A DNA stretch of 64,000 nucleotides, taken from the NCBI GenBank assembly GCA_964016885.1, contig OZ024742.1, forward strand, positions 206,026,001 to 206,090,000, in the 5' to 3' direction. Shown here in pieces: positions 12,789 through 25,454 of the stretch. The number at the start of each line of letters is the position of its first letter. Position 1 is the stretch's first letter. Under the pieces are notes generated by a model. It was not told where the DNA came from. It worked only from the letters and a program-made list of their open reading frames with translations, and did no database searches. The stretch comes from Eledone cirrhosa (lineage: Eukaryota). A program made the position numbers and the translations under genes.

Positions 12789-13212
12789 TATATTCGTGTA
12801 CAGATATTTTTGCATACGCAATAACAAAATATAAACAAACGTATTTATTTCACGAGGCCCGATAGGGATAAATATATATCATTTCTGCATACACAATAAC
12901 GAAATATAAACAAAAGTATTTATTTATTTCGCGATAAAGTATTGATTTTCTTCGCACGGAAAAAAACCCTGGTAATCTACGACGAATTTTTTTTATAAGC
13001 ACAAAATGTAGACAACATACCAAGGCCGAGGTATTCCGTACTTCTCTGTACTGTTATATATATATATGTAATTATATATTCGTGTACAGATATTTACAAT
13101 AACAAAATATAAACAAACGTATTTATTTCACGAGGCTCGATATGGATAAATATATATCAAGTATATAACATCCTTAGAGCAAATCCCGAGCAACGCCGGG
13201 CCATTCTGCTAG
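12782..13212 (+). mobile_element. Helitron 3' portion
   Basis: Subterminal hairpin CCCGAGCAACGCCGGG then 8 nt then CTAG (13209-13212); homolog at 54480-54631. Confidence 0.8.
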
Positions 13213-13730
13213 TCTATATATCTAAAACAGAGAATGTCTGCCTGATCACGTAGGGATACATTCTCTTCTGCTGGCTTTGATTGGCTGAGCTGAGCCAAAT
13301 CACGCACAGAGAATGTATGTGAGCCCGCGGAATGTAGGTCACTACAATACCCCTTCCTAGTCGTAAGACGATACAGATTATTGCATCAGCAGGGAAAAAT
13401 GCTGAAAGAGCACATCAGTGAAAAAATAATTGAACAGAAGGATGCATGCAAGAAGAAAAATGAGGCGCTAAGGGCCGTGTTGAGCCGCTGTGTCAAATGA
13501 CTAGCTGTTTTGTAGTTTATACGTGACCACCAGGGTCTAACAGAAAACGGATAAAGTCTAACTTGGGCGAAGTTGCTGTTCTTGCATGAAATGTTAATGG
13601 TAAGTGCTGTACCAGTAGCTGTGGGTGAAGCTGTTATGGTAGTTTACCAGTGCTGGCGCTGATTGGCCTAGCTGAGCCAAATCACGCACAGAGAATGTAT
13701 GTGAGCCCGCGGAATGTCGGTCACTACATA
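13213..13730 (+). mobile_element. Helitron 5' portion joined head-to-tail to the preceding copy
   Basis: TCTATATATCTAAAACAGAGAATGTC start; internal ~70-bp direct repeat 13278-13347 / 13660-13728. Confidence 0.65.
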
Positions 13731-13987
13731 TCTTTGGGTGTAGATATCTAATACTAACTCTAAAATAACTCTACAATAATTTTTCACCCTATAATACAAT
13801 AAACAATATAAATAAGGATTTAAAATAAATTTATCAAGCGTCTAAATTTAACAGCTTTTTTTCAGGTTTAACATTATCCTCATTAACATATATCCCCTGA
13901 GTTTTGAATTTTTCAATCACTATCTTCATTGAATTTATCCCATTAAGTTCACATGAAGATATGTCACTATCTTAATACCAAATATTA

Positions 13988-14048
13988 TATTTTATCTGAG
14001 GAAAGCGTACTTAAATATTAGTACCCTTGAAATACGTATAATAAAATA
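13988..14048 (+). ncRNA. Type I hammerhead ribozyme
   Basis: tattttat CTGAGGA aagcgtac...gtaccctt GAAA tacgta TA ataaaata; 8-bp stem I. Confidence 0.82.
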
Positions 14049-14233
14049 AATATGGTTTTATAAAGATATTTTCCATTTATTAATATTCTTAATATTATAT
14101 ATATATATATATCCTTCTCTGGAAGAAATCTGCTGTATTCAGACTAGGAGAGGGAGGGGCTCCACCAGGCTTTAAAATGTCCCAGAACCAGAAATATAGT
14201 ATACCACTATGGTACCCCTACAACCAAATATTA

Positions 14234-14294
14234 TATTTTATCTGAGGAAAGCGTACTTAAATATTCGTACCCTTGAAATACGTATAATAAAATA
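14234..14294 (+). ncRNA. Type I hammerhead ribozyme (duplicate)
   Basis: Copy of 13988-14048. Confidence 0.82.
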
Positions 14295-14334
14295 AATATG
14301 GTTTTATAAAGATATTTTCCATTTATTAATATTC

Positions 14335-14392
<58 letters not shown>

Positions 14393-15406
14393 TTCTCTGG
14401 AAGAAATCTGCTGTATTCAGACTAGGAGAGGGAGGGGCTCCACCAGGCTTTAAAATGTCCCAGAACCAGAAATATAGTATACCACTATGGTACCCCTACA
14501 ACTCTATCAGGAGTTACAGGTCCATACCATACCATTTTGTGAATTAATTCCAACACAAGTAATACATTTTCCTTTTAAGCAGATGGCTCAGCAGTCATGT
14601 CAGTACAATTCTGTCAATTGAGTTTGAACACAACAGCAGGTGGGAAACTTTATTCAAGCAGTCATTTGAGGTCTAGTAAATGCATCACTAAGGAAATGAT
14701 TTGTTTTCTCAATTAAAATTTTGAATCAGTTGATGTCTTCAGTCAGGTTTCACCTAAAACAAAACCCAACGCAAATTATAGTATCATTGTTCTTTATCAG
14801 CTGCACTTGTTCACTTATTTAATTTTACTTCTTAATTTAATTTCCGTAATCTTTTCCCATAGTTTTTATATATAATCTGATTGCAATGTTGTTAATGTTT
14901 TAGTGTAGCTGAGTAAATAAATGTCCCTCTTGACCTCCTTAGAAATGCTGAAATACATTTAAATCACTATAACTACTTGTGTTATTGTAATTTAGAGAAA
15001 TGTGGTCCTTATAGTAGCATATGTAATTTCCTGTTGATTCAAAAGCCACAAATTAGTAAAAAAAAAAAAAATAATAATTTTGATGTATATATTTTACAAG
15101 CATTTCTGTTTTCCTCTCTCCTCTTATAGAATTGTTTATATAAAACTAATGCCTAAGTAATGGTGAAGTTCTAAAGTTTTCAAGCTAAATATTAGTGGTA
15201 GTGATATGCTAACACTTCTAAAAACATGTGCCCTTCGTGTTATGCATTTCAAACAACCACTGAAAATCAAGCCTGATTCCTGGCCTTCTCATGCTTAAAC
15301 TCTAAGCCTATTAAAACTGATACTTCAAACAGGAAAGGGGAAAACGTGAAGACAGCAGTTGATTCAGAATTTGAATTGAGAAACCAGATCAATTCCCCAA
15401 CAGTAA

Positions 15407-15558
15407 ATGATGATGATGATGATGATTAAGATGATGATGATGACAACGACAACAACAATGATGATGATGATGGTGATGATGACGACGACGATAATGATGA
15501 TTACGACGACTACGATGATGATGACGACGACGACGACAATGACGATGATGATGATGAT
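15407..15558. repeat. (ATG)n/(ACG)n microsatellite
   Basis: Direct reading. Confidence 0.95.
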
Positions 15559-15831
15559 AGCAAGGGGGATCACAATGGTGGGGGGGGGGGGGGGTGATGG
15601 GGATTCTGTTATTTTTTCATATGGTAGTTAATGCTGCCGTCTAAATCACGAAGGTCAGTAGTAAAATAATCAGTCTAATGCAATTCTTTGAGTTACACAG
15701 CTGGTAATAGAAAAGAAAATGAAAAAAATATAGAAAGAAAGGCAGGATAAACATCAAGATAGTTCTAAGAATTTATAGATTTTTTCTCTTTTGGTCAATA
15801 GATTTATATAAGAGTACCCAGTTTTGTAAAT

Positions 15832-16002
15832 AATTGTTTCTACTTTAGGCACAAGGCCAGCAATTACCCAGTGCATTACTGGTACTTTATTTTATCGACC
15901 CCGTAAGGATGAAAGGCAAAGTCAACCTCCGCGGGATTTGAACTCAGATCGTAAAGGGACGTAACTATGCTGGAAAGCATGGCGTCCGACCCTCTACCGA
16001 CA
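15832..16002 (-). mobile_element. SINE, same family as 2797-3392
   Basis: Reverse-complement match. Confidence 0.85.
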
Positions 16003-16154
16003 CTTAAATAATCTAACACCGAGGTCAACGTTTATCACTGGGTGTCAAGGGGTTATCAATTTATCATTTGTTGTGAATAGAATTTGCTCTAGTGAACAGC
16101 ATGATGAGAAAATAAGGGAAGGCAGGGTGAATGAATGAGTGATATATATATATA

Positions 16155-16320
16155 TCATCATCATCATTTTACGTCCGCTTTTCCTTGCTTGCAAGGGTGG
16201 GACGGGAACTGATTCTGGCTTGATTTCTACAGCTGGATGCCCTTCCTAACACCAACCTCATTTACAGTGAGTGCTGGGTGCTTTTTTGCCGTGGTGCCTC
16301 CACGACCACTTTGCAGTGGA
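16155..16320 (-). mobile_element. RTE LINE 3' UTR remnant
   Basis: (CAT)n plus match to 21051-21320. Confidence 0.75.
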
Positions 16321-16324
16321 ATGA

Positions 16325-16462
16325 TATGGACCCCAGTAAACTGGAGCAATGTGAAATAAAGTGTCTTGCTCAAGGAAACAACACATCACCCGGTCTGAGA
16401 ATTGAACTCACAACCTTTCGATTGCAAGGCCAATGCTCTAACCACTAAGCCTTGTGCCTCCA
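16325..16462 (-). mobile_element. tRNA-derived SINE head, second family
   Basis: A-box GGCTTAGTGG, B-box GAGTTCAATTC, CCTTGAGCAAGACACTT; homolog at 35010. Confidence 0.8.
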
Positions 16463-16588
16463 CATATATATATGTCTTATGGTAGCTAAGATGTGTCCAT
16501 TGGCGGTGTGCCGGTTGAGCACTCTATGTTTATCATTTCTCTTTATCATACAGAGTATGATAAAGAGAACCTGCTTGTAACCAACAGA

Positions 16589-16678
16589 CGTATCTGAGGA
16601 ACTTGCGAATCCAGAGTCAGGTCGACCCACCAACAATTCGCACCTCGAGCTGTTCGCCGGGGAAACATTTGTAGTACG
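16589..16678 (+). ncRNA. Type I hammerhead with long stem II
   Basis: cgtat CTGAGGA [61 nt, gcgaa/ttcgc] GAAA catttg TA gtacg. Confidence 0.65.
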
Positions 16679-17030
16679 CAATAAATTGAGTTCCGATGCA
16701 TAACTGATTCTTTGTTTTCCATTTTATATATACATAACCACATTGGCATACGGTTGGATAATACTTGTTTCCCTATATGTATTTTTTACATGTAGGAATT
16801 CATACTTTATTATTATTGATCTCCCCCTAAGGTAGAGATAAAATTTTGGCCGTTTGGTCTACTGCTATTTCTAGTGGCCGGACATTGACCTGTCCACCCT
16901 GCCTTTTGTCTTTGCCCACGGCACCAGACAGAATTATTTCTTTCATCATTAGCTCTCATTTCGGAATGGTTTTGTATGGCGTCAGTTTGTGATTTAAACT
17001 CGGGAATTTTATATTCTCCGAGGGAGAAGA

Positions 17031-17111
17031 GCCCTCTGAAGATTGCTCCCTTCTCAATGGAATCCGCTTGGATTTTCCGTTTATTCTGGAGCATGAAACC
17101 GCGGTAAAGGC
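17031..17111 (+). ncRNA. Type I hammerhead with long stem II
   Basis: gccct CTGAAGA t-tgctcc...ggagca-t GAAA ccgcgg TA aaggc. Confidence 0.78.
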
Positions 17112-17352
17112 ACATATAGTAAGAACTGCGAATTATTTTAAAATTTATTTTAAAAGATTTTCTCTATTTGCTAGACCTTGATTTTATATATATATATAAA
17201 TATATAATAAGTTGACGGAACTAGCATGGCTTTCACTGTTAGGATCAGTTGCATCTCAGCATACTCAATAGGTAATGTTAAGTAAACTCCCAGAGTAGGC
17301 ACATAGTTATTTGGTTCAATACAACACAAGTAAATGGGTACCTTCAATCTTT

Positions 17353-17465
17353 ACCCATACTCGAGTTTCGGCCACACTTAATGCAGTAATAGAGTGCACA
17401 GCATCCATTGTCTGCATTTATTATGCAACAATGCACAATCGGTGCATGTGGCTTCATCAGCAGAT
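17353..17465 (-). ncRNA. Type I hammerhead with ~84-nt stem II, in a repeat (~17240-17815) shared with ~38560-39110
   Basis: atctg CTGATGA a-gccaca...tgtggc-c GAAA ctcgag TA tgggt. Confidence 0.72.
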
Positions 17466-18691
17466 GTCGCCTAATCATTAACCAATCGATCGACAGAATC
17501 CGATTCCAGTCCGTGTCGGCTATAACTGTATGTGACGGCCAACACAGTAAAACAATAGCAACTGAAATCCCTACGCATCATCACAACGCCGTCTAATGAT
17601 TGGCTACTGATTCAGAAATTTACGTGATGGCAGGAGACGAAATTCAAATAGTTCCGCTCCCGCCATAAGCACTCAGCCAACGTATCTCAAACACAAATTA
17701 ATAAGTTAGTGAAAGATTGGTTATTAGAAAAATTCGGTCTCCAATCACTGTACAATAGAATGGTAGCATTCGGCTCTAGTCTCCAAGTCCCATGGCGAGA
17801 AAAGTGCAACAGTAACAATGGTAGTGCCTAAAACCTTTCCGGACATTAAATGCCAACAGGTGATTAGACAGTGATATAGCGTTAGCGCGCTGGTTAGAGT
17901 TCGAATTCTAGATATTTCGACCAACCACGTTCGTAAACCAGTCAATTTCACAACTTGTACGATTCAATAGGTGAGTGAGAGAGAAATATAATACCATGAT
18001 GATATCCACTGAATCTGAACTGACACTGAGATGATTATATGAAAACTAAGAGAAATGATAAGAACAGCTCTATACTCCACTCCAGTGATTAACTTCAGAA
18101 GTTAGCAATATCTTATACACTTCGTTTTAGTCTGAAAAACATGGAGGATTCTTTTCTTCATCATTATCATCATTGTGTTCTTTGACATCATGTTTTTATT
18201 AGATATGTGTACTAACAAAATATGGGTATTTTTTCTTTATTGTTTTATTTTTTAATAGGAAACAAACATAAGGCTCTTCCCCTCTGGGGTAAAGAAAAGA
18301 ATGAGTTGTATGGTTCAGTTAAGTAAATGAAATGAAATAACTACAATAGATATGCCAGCTTCTCTCACAGCTTATTTCTATTACATGATATGGTAGGTAA
18401 ATATAAATGTCCCTTAACTCTTGGTGGAAGTGTAGAGTACCATTTTGACACACAGCATAGCCCTTCCCTCTCCAAGTCAGAACACATGATTTTTTATAGA
18501 GAAAAAATTCAACCCCAGTCCTAGACTGGGTTTTATGGATTGAACTTGAAAGGATGAAAGGAAAAGTTAACCTCAGCAGGATTTGAACTCTGAGTGCATA
18601 GAGCAGAAACAAATCCACTACCCTAAAGACATTCCTAATTTGCTGTCTTCTATGTTTTATATGTTAAATCAATGTAAAATCTGTTTTATTA

Positions 18692-20210
18692 TATTACTCT
18701 TTTACTCTTTTACCTGTTCCAGCCATCCGACTGAGGCTATGCTGGGGCACCGCCCTTGTTGCTACACATTTTATCTCCAGCCTGTAGTGGTTGGCCACTG
18801 GTGAAAGAGGGAGTTTGTTGCTGCTGCCCTTGGGTTTCCCTCGTGCCTTGCTGTGGGCTCATCCGGGATCCTGGATAGCAAGGTGTCGAGATGTTTCTTG
18901 AAAACATCCACCTCCACACCATGCAGATCTCTCAGATCCCTTGGCAGCTTGTTGAAGAGTTGAGGGCCCTTGAATCCCAGGCTATTGCAATATCTGCTCC
19001 TTATTCTAGATGTCGAAGACGGGACCTTTGGCATCACACAGTGACGTGCTCTTCGACGGTTGGTCCAGCTCCCAATGCTAAAGTTTGGTGCTAGTCCCTC
19101 CAGGATTTTCCACATGTAGATCACTGCGTATCTCTCTCGTCTTCGTTCCAAGGAGTAGAGGTTCAATTCTTTTAGCCTCTCCCAGTAGCTTATCTCCTTC
19201 ATCGTGGCAATCCTCTTGGTGTAGCTTCGCTGGATTGCCTCAAGCTCCGTGGTTAATTTGACACTATGGGGTGACCACAACTGGGAGCAATAGTCCAGGC
19301 GGCTTAGGACAAATGTCCTCCATAGTCTGAACATGGTGTCTCGGTCTCTTGTCCGGAAAGTCCTCAAGATCCAGCGAGCGAGTCTATACCCAGGTCTCGT
19401 ATCGATTTTGACACGGGGATATCGGTCCCTCCTGGTCCTGCGTAACTGTGTTGTACTGTATTTGTGTTTGCAGGTTTGTATTGTATGGCTTGGAATTTGC
19501 CAGCATTAAACTGCATGTTGTTTTCTTCCGCTCATTTGTATATGGCATCCAGATCTTGTTGTAAAAGGGCAGCATCAGCCGGGTTTTTGATTGCCTGTGC
19601 TACCTTAGTGTCATCAGTATAGCTAGTGAGGGATGTTGTTGTATGCATGTCTGAGAGAGCTACCAAAAATAGTAGTGGTCACAGGACTGTTCCTTGGGGC
19701 ATCCCACTTGTTATTTATGTTTCCTTTGAGAGGGCCCGTTTGCTGCGACTGTCTGGCTTCTGTCCTTTAAGAAGTCATGCAGCCACTCACCTACTTTTCC
19801 AGTTATGCCGAGTCCGTGTAGTTTGTGACATATCAATCCGTGGTTGACCTTGTCAAAGGCCTTCGCAAAGTCAAGATATATCACGTTCACATGTGATCTA
19901 TCTAGCAGTTGTTTCAGTACCCAGTCGTAGTGATGCCGCAGGTGTGTAAGGCAGCTTCTTCCTGGGCGAAAGCCATGCTGCGTGCTAGTCAGGCGGTCAT
20001 TTTCCTCGAGGAAAGTGATCAGTTTCTTTCTGATATGTGACATCAGGGAGACTGGCCTATAGTTTTTGGCCTCCGCTCTTCTTCCTCCTTTATGGATAGG
20101 GCATATTGTGCCTTCTTTCAGCTCCCTGGGTAGTATACCGCTAGCCAAGGAGCTTCTGAAGAGCGTCTTCAGTGGAGTTGTTAAGGCCCGCTTACATGTT
20201 TTTAAGAGGA
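18692..20210 (-). mobile_element. CR1-group LINE, 5'-truncated and frameshifted, with (TAAAAGAG)n tail
   Basis: NYRPVSL, QHGFRPGRSC, YLDFAKAFDKV (ORF 19711-20253); RLDYCSQLWSP, YWERLKELNLYSLERRR (ORF 18771-19367). Confidence 0.88.
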
Positions 20211-20221
20211 TATATATATAA

Positions 20222-20553
20222 ATTTGAATAATTTTAAAAGCCATACAATGCATTAGAAAATTAAAGGTGCCAAGATAACAATAGAATCTTACTTTAGCAA
20301 ATTTAATATTCCCAAATAAAAACCCATTATCGAAATTTTAACCTCTTTTCATTACATTTAACTTAAATCTGCCTTCCTAACAACTCATCTCTAATCAATC
20401 CTTTAAGACCTTCACAAGGACACTCCTTTGATAATGGGTTTTTAAACCCGAAAATATTTGGGATTATTAAATTTGCTAAGGTAAGATTCTATTGTTATCT
20501 TGGCACCTTTAATTTTCTAATGCATTGTATGGCTTTCAAAAATTATTAAAATT
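20222..20553. repeat. Inverted repeat pair (~97 bp) around a hammerhead; ORF-less pLTR-like cassette
   Basis: 20222-20318 is the reverse complement of 20455-20553. Confidence 0.85.
20424..20463 (+). ncRNA. U3:A8-type hammerhead
   Basis: tcct TTGATAA t-gggttt-tt-aaaccc GAAA atat TT ggga. Confidence 0.68.
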
Positions 20554-20598
20554 TACATTTCTTATTCAACAATTCTTCAAGCAAACTACAACACTCTG

Positions 20599-20672
<74 letters not shown>

Positions 20673-20992
20673 CAAGATGGCGTGGGACAGAACAAAGGAG
20701 AGGCACGAAAACAAAGAAAAGAATCCCCAGTCACTGAAGAGGTCACAGAATATGTGACGAAAGAACTGTGACAATATATAAACAATCAAATAAACAATCA
20801 TCTGGTTGTGGAACCAACCAACCGACCGGAGATTTATAAATTCCTAAATTTATAAATTTATTATAATAAATTGAAGTGAAAGCAACTGGTGCGTGTGTTT
20901 CTTATTGGCAACATGACCCTCCCAAAGTATAACAATATCGGTTTCAACACACGTTTTCAGATAAAGAATCTTGCTAAACAAATTCAGAAACG

Positions 20993-21050
<58 letters not shown>

Positions 21051-22691
21051 ATCATCATCACCGTTTTACGTCCATTCTTCCACGCTAGCATGGGTTAGAC
21101 GGGTTGTCCTGTTGTGGGCAGTAACTGGTCTGTTGACCATGTCTTGGTCATACGGGAACTGATTCTGGCTTGATTTCTGCAGACGGATGCCCTTCCTAAC
21201 ACCAACCTCATTTACAGTGAGTGCTAGGTGCTTTTTTTCCGTGGGGCCTACACGTCCACTTTACAGTGTGGGCTGGGTGCTTTTTTGCCGTGGTAACTCC
21301 ACGACCACTTTGCAGTGGGAGGGTGTGGGGGCATATTGTCTATATGATTCAGCTTCGGCTTGTACCTGTGAGGGGTCGGGTCATCGCCTTTGAGAGGTGT
21401 AATTGGGTACGGTTGGCTTTTATTACCTCATCCCAAGTTTTCTTGGGTCTCACCACTCCGCGGCTTCCATCGACTTCTAGTGCTCTGCACCTTTTTATGC
21501 AGCTGTCATCCTTCATACGCATCACATGTCCATACCAACGCAACCACCTCTCCTGCACAAAACATTTGATTCCTCTTATGCTCAGTCTCTCTCTCAATTC
21601 ATTTATGCTTTGCCGTTCGCGTATATTACTATTACACATCCATCGGAGCATGCAGGCTTTCTTTCTTTCTAATCTATGCAAGTCCTCTACAGACAGCGCC
21701 CAGGTCTCACTACCATGTAACATTGCTGTTCGTATACACGCATCATACAGTCTGCCTTTCATTTTGAAGGAAAAACCTTTTGCAGCTAGCAGTGGCAGTA
21801 GCTCCCTAAACTTCTTCCATCCCGTTCTGACCCTAGTTATTGTACTTTCCGAACATCCACCTCCGCTGCTAATTCGGTCACCTAGGTAGCAGAGGCTGTC
21901 TACTGTTTGGTGGTGCTTGTTTCCTGTGGCTGTTTGCTGCTTGCTGTTCCAGCACAGCTGCTACATATAAAACTTACATTCTTAGTTAAGCTTCTTGAGA
22001 TCCCACTACATCTATTGTGTACCAATTGTTTGCATTTAGGGCAGAGGATGGAGTTCCTACCTACACACCTTTCCTACATACTGAGCAAGGCCATTTCCCT
22101 GAGGGGATCTGAGTCCTGTTTTCTCGTTTACTTACAAGGACCTTAGTCTTTGTCAGGTTGACTTTCTAGTCCCTGCTTCCATGTTTGGAATTTCTTCTCT
22201 AGTTCTACCATAGATTCAGCTATAAGTGCGAGTCATCTGCATAGAGGAGTTCCCATGGGCATCCGGTCTTAAACTCCTCCGTTATTGCCTGCAAAAGTAT
22301 TATGAACAGGAGAGGGCTAAGAACAGAGCCCTGGTGGACACTGACCTGTATGCTAAATTCCTCACTATAGTCATTGCTAATCCTAACTTTGCTGACTGCT
22401 CCCCTATACACGGCTTGTACAGCTTTCACAAGCAATTCATCTACTCCTAATTTTCTAAGGGCCCACCAGATTATGGCACGGGGAAGTCTGTCAAAGGCTT
22501 TATCCAGATCGACGAATGCCAGGTAGAGCGGCTTACTTTTTCTGTAACTGCCTCACAAGGAGGAGGGCATCAGTGGTGTCTTTTCCTGGCACACAACTCA
22601 AATTGCATCTCATCTAGTTTCACCTGGTCCCTAATCAACTGTGCTATAACTCTTTCCGTTACTTTCATGACCTAGTCCATCAGCTTTATAC

Positions 22692-22692
<1 letters not shown>
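21051..22692 (-). mobile_element. RTE-group LINE, 5'-truncated and decayed
   Basis: VHQGSVLSPLLF, WELLYADD, MLHGSETW, RWYGHVMR; (CAT)n tail at 21051. Confidence 0.9.
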
Positions 22693-22729
<37 letters not shown>

Positions 22730-23005
22730 GGAAAAAATGAAACGAAATTTCATTTCTCACTCTTAGTACGGCTGTTGCTTAAATATAAGTATGTATACGT
22801 ACATACATATATGTATACAGACGTACAGTAGTATGTATATATATATACATACATGCACACATATATATATGTACGTATGGGTTTACCGAACATTTATTAT
22901 AATGCTCGGTTTGTTTGTAAACAAACAGTCCGAATTAAGCCGTACAGTGTTTAGCAACCATCGTTGCCCTTTTCTTCAACACTGACAAAGGAACAATGTA
23001 CTAGA
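22730..23005 (-). repeat. Truncated copy of the 27.9-28.5 kb repeat, ending at the hammerhead stem III
   Basis: Reverse complement matches ~28182-28458. Confidence 0.8.
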
Positions 23006-23154
23006 TACAGAAAGTTGTGACATTCTTGCCTTACCCAGAGAAATTAGTACCACAAATAATATGAAATGGGTTTAGTTGAAACTTGATTATTGTGACAGTT
23101 CACCAGGGGCTTGTTTACTGTACACTACAATGCTTTTTCATTCTTCAATGTAAT

Positions 23155-23337
23155 AATCGTTTCTACTTTTGGCACAAGGCCAGCAATTACCCAGTGCATT
23201 ACTGGTACTTTATTTTATCGACCCCGTAAGGATGAAAGGCAAAGTTAACCTAGACGGGATTTGAACTCAGACCGTAAAGGGACGTAACTATGCCTCAAAG
23301 CATGGTGTCCGACTCTCTACCGATACTGCCAATCGAC
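23155..23337 (-). mobile_element. SINE, same family as 2797-3392
   Basis: Reverse-complement match. Confidence 0.85.
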
Positions 23338-24127
23338 CTTGATTTATGATTGAACATGTTTTTAGGATCTATTGCTTTTATTTTTGTATTTTGTGTTGTG
23401 TTTGTTGTTGTTCATGTTGATACTGTAGTTAGTGTGGTAATGGTTATTATTTAGGTGATTGCTTTCTTTCAATTTAATTTTATCTATCTATATTTGTGTA
23501 TGGTTAGAGAGTATTCATGTGAATGTACATATGCCTGTGTGCATGTATGCATCCTATCTATCTCTGTTTGTGTGTGGTTGGAAAGTTTGTGTATGTATGT
23601 ACATTTGCCTATGTATAATCTGTGTGTATGCATACGTACACTATTGCTCTCTGTTGTCATCTCCCCTATTTAGTTCCATATCCACTTAACCGTGTCTTTT
23701 AATCAATAATCTAAAATGCAGTTATTTGTGAATAATGTTTGTTGATCACTTTCATGCTGCAGCTATGGCAGACATTTAAAGTTAGATATACAACTCAACT
23801 AAAGAAATCATTTCCTTTATCTGCAGCATAATTTATCACCAACGGAATTCAATTTGTTCAGAATTATTCAAATTAAACATATCCAATATAGCAGCATATT
23901 TTAAAGATTGCAGAATAATGCTTGCTAGATGTTAAATTAATACCAGATCGCTCAGATGTTCATTATAATATGCATAGGCACACATTCATGTATATATATT
24001 TTTATACATTGGGAAGGCCAGCAAATGATTTCACATCAAGAATCTTGCAAAACAAATACATAGATAAAGTATATAAATGTATTTATATGTTTAAATACAC
24101 ACACACAGATTATATATTTATATATAA

Positions 24128-24179
<52 letters not shown>

Positions 24180-24431
24180 CAGTAGACCTCATGTAGATTA
24201 TGATCTGAAAAGGTGTAAGGAATGTAGCAAGGAATGTACAAATATGGAAGGTCTTAAAAGACACATGAGAACACACAATTAGAACAAAGCAGTGGAAAGT
24301 CCCAGACGAGCCTACAGTTGCCATGTGTGTGCCAGAGGGTGCATGTCTTTGGCTGCCATATTCATGCCTCACGCTTTTTGAGCATTTTATCATGTGATGA
24401 CAATGCTCGAACACAAGTTTGCGGCCATCAC

Positions 24432-24501
<70 letters not shown>

Positions 24502-24574
24502 ATATATATATATGTATGTGTTTATATATATATATGAATATATATATATATATGTATGTATATATATATATATA

Positions 24575-25128
24575 TACAAATATATTACACAAATAGAAGT
24601 GTGTTACACAGTGAAATGTGTGTAAAGAATAATTACAAGTGATTTTACCGTTACTGTATAGAAAACAATATCTACAGGTTTAACGATCTCCAAATTGTTG
24701 AGCTAACAAATTCAAATGGTTGGGCTGCTCTCTCTAGCATTTTCCCCAATCCATGAGAACCGTTATTTGATGTAAATAACACGTGATTTCGCACTACCCT
24801 GGGCAGCGTGTATATTAGCTTTCTCTCTATCCATGAGGCTAGATGTGTAATAAACAGAATCCACATTTACTGACTGATGAACCTGTGTCTGTTAAACTGC
24901 ACATTTCTGTGGCGAAACGAACTTAATTCGTATCAGCAAACTTATAGTTATAAGGTTAGTAATTTAAAACTCTACTTCAGTAATTTGATTCTGACGTAGG
25001 TTTTTTTTCTATTTAATTGCTAAACCTGTAGATATTGTTTTCTATACAGTAACGGTAAAATCACTTGTAATAATTATTTACACACATTGCACTGTGTAAC
25101 ACACTTCTATTTGTGTAATATATTTGTA
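24575..25128. repeat. Inverted repeat pair (~107 bp) enclosing a hammerhead
   Basis: 24575-24682 versus 25021-25128. Confidence 0.85.
24866..24940 (+). ncRNA. Type I hammerhead with stable stem III
   Basis: tttactga CTGATGA acc...ggc GAAA cgaa-cttaa-ttcg TA tcagcaaa. Confidence 0.78.
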
Positions 25129-25405
25129 TGAGCTCAGAAGAAAATTCTCTATTCTCCTTTGAGCTAATATTATTATTATTACTGTGAACTGCGGAATGCT
25201 CTTAATTCCGATCCTAGTATATATATATATATATATTTATTAAAATAACAGATTAAAGTATATATATATATTTGCTCTACGGTTCTTATATTTGATATAT
25301 ATTTATCCTTATCGAGCCCTCTTTGGATTTTAGTCTTCAAATTTATTATTATTACTATATATATATATATATATAGTAATAATAATAAATTTGATTATAA
25401 ATTTG

Positions 25406-25447
<42 letters not shown>

Positions 25448-25454
25448 TATATAT

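Larger units (their letters stand above)
13978..14501 (+). repeat. Tandem duplication (246-bp first unit; second has expanded (TA)n)
   Basis: 13978-14223 repeated at 14224-14501. Confidence 0.9.

Noticed and set aside
15364-15631. Poly-Met/Thr and poly-Ile ORFs
   Set aside because: (ATG)n microsatellite
17480-17950. Coding potential of the repeat upstream of the 17353/38669 hammerheads
   Set aside because: No frame gives a recognisable domain; stops occur in both copies
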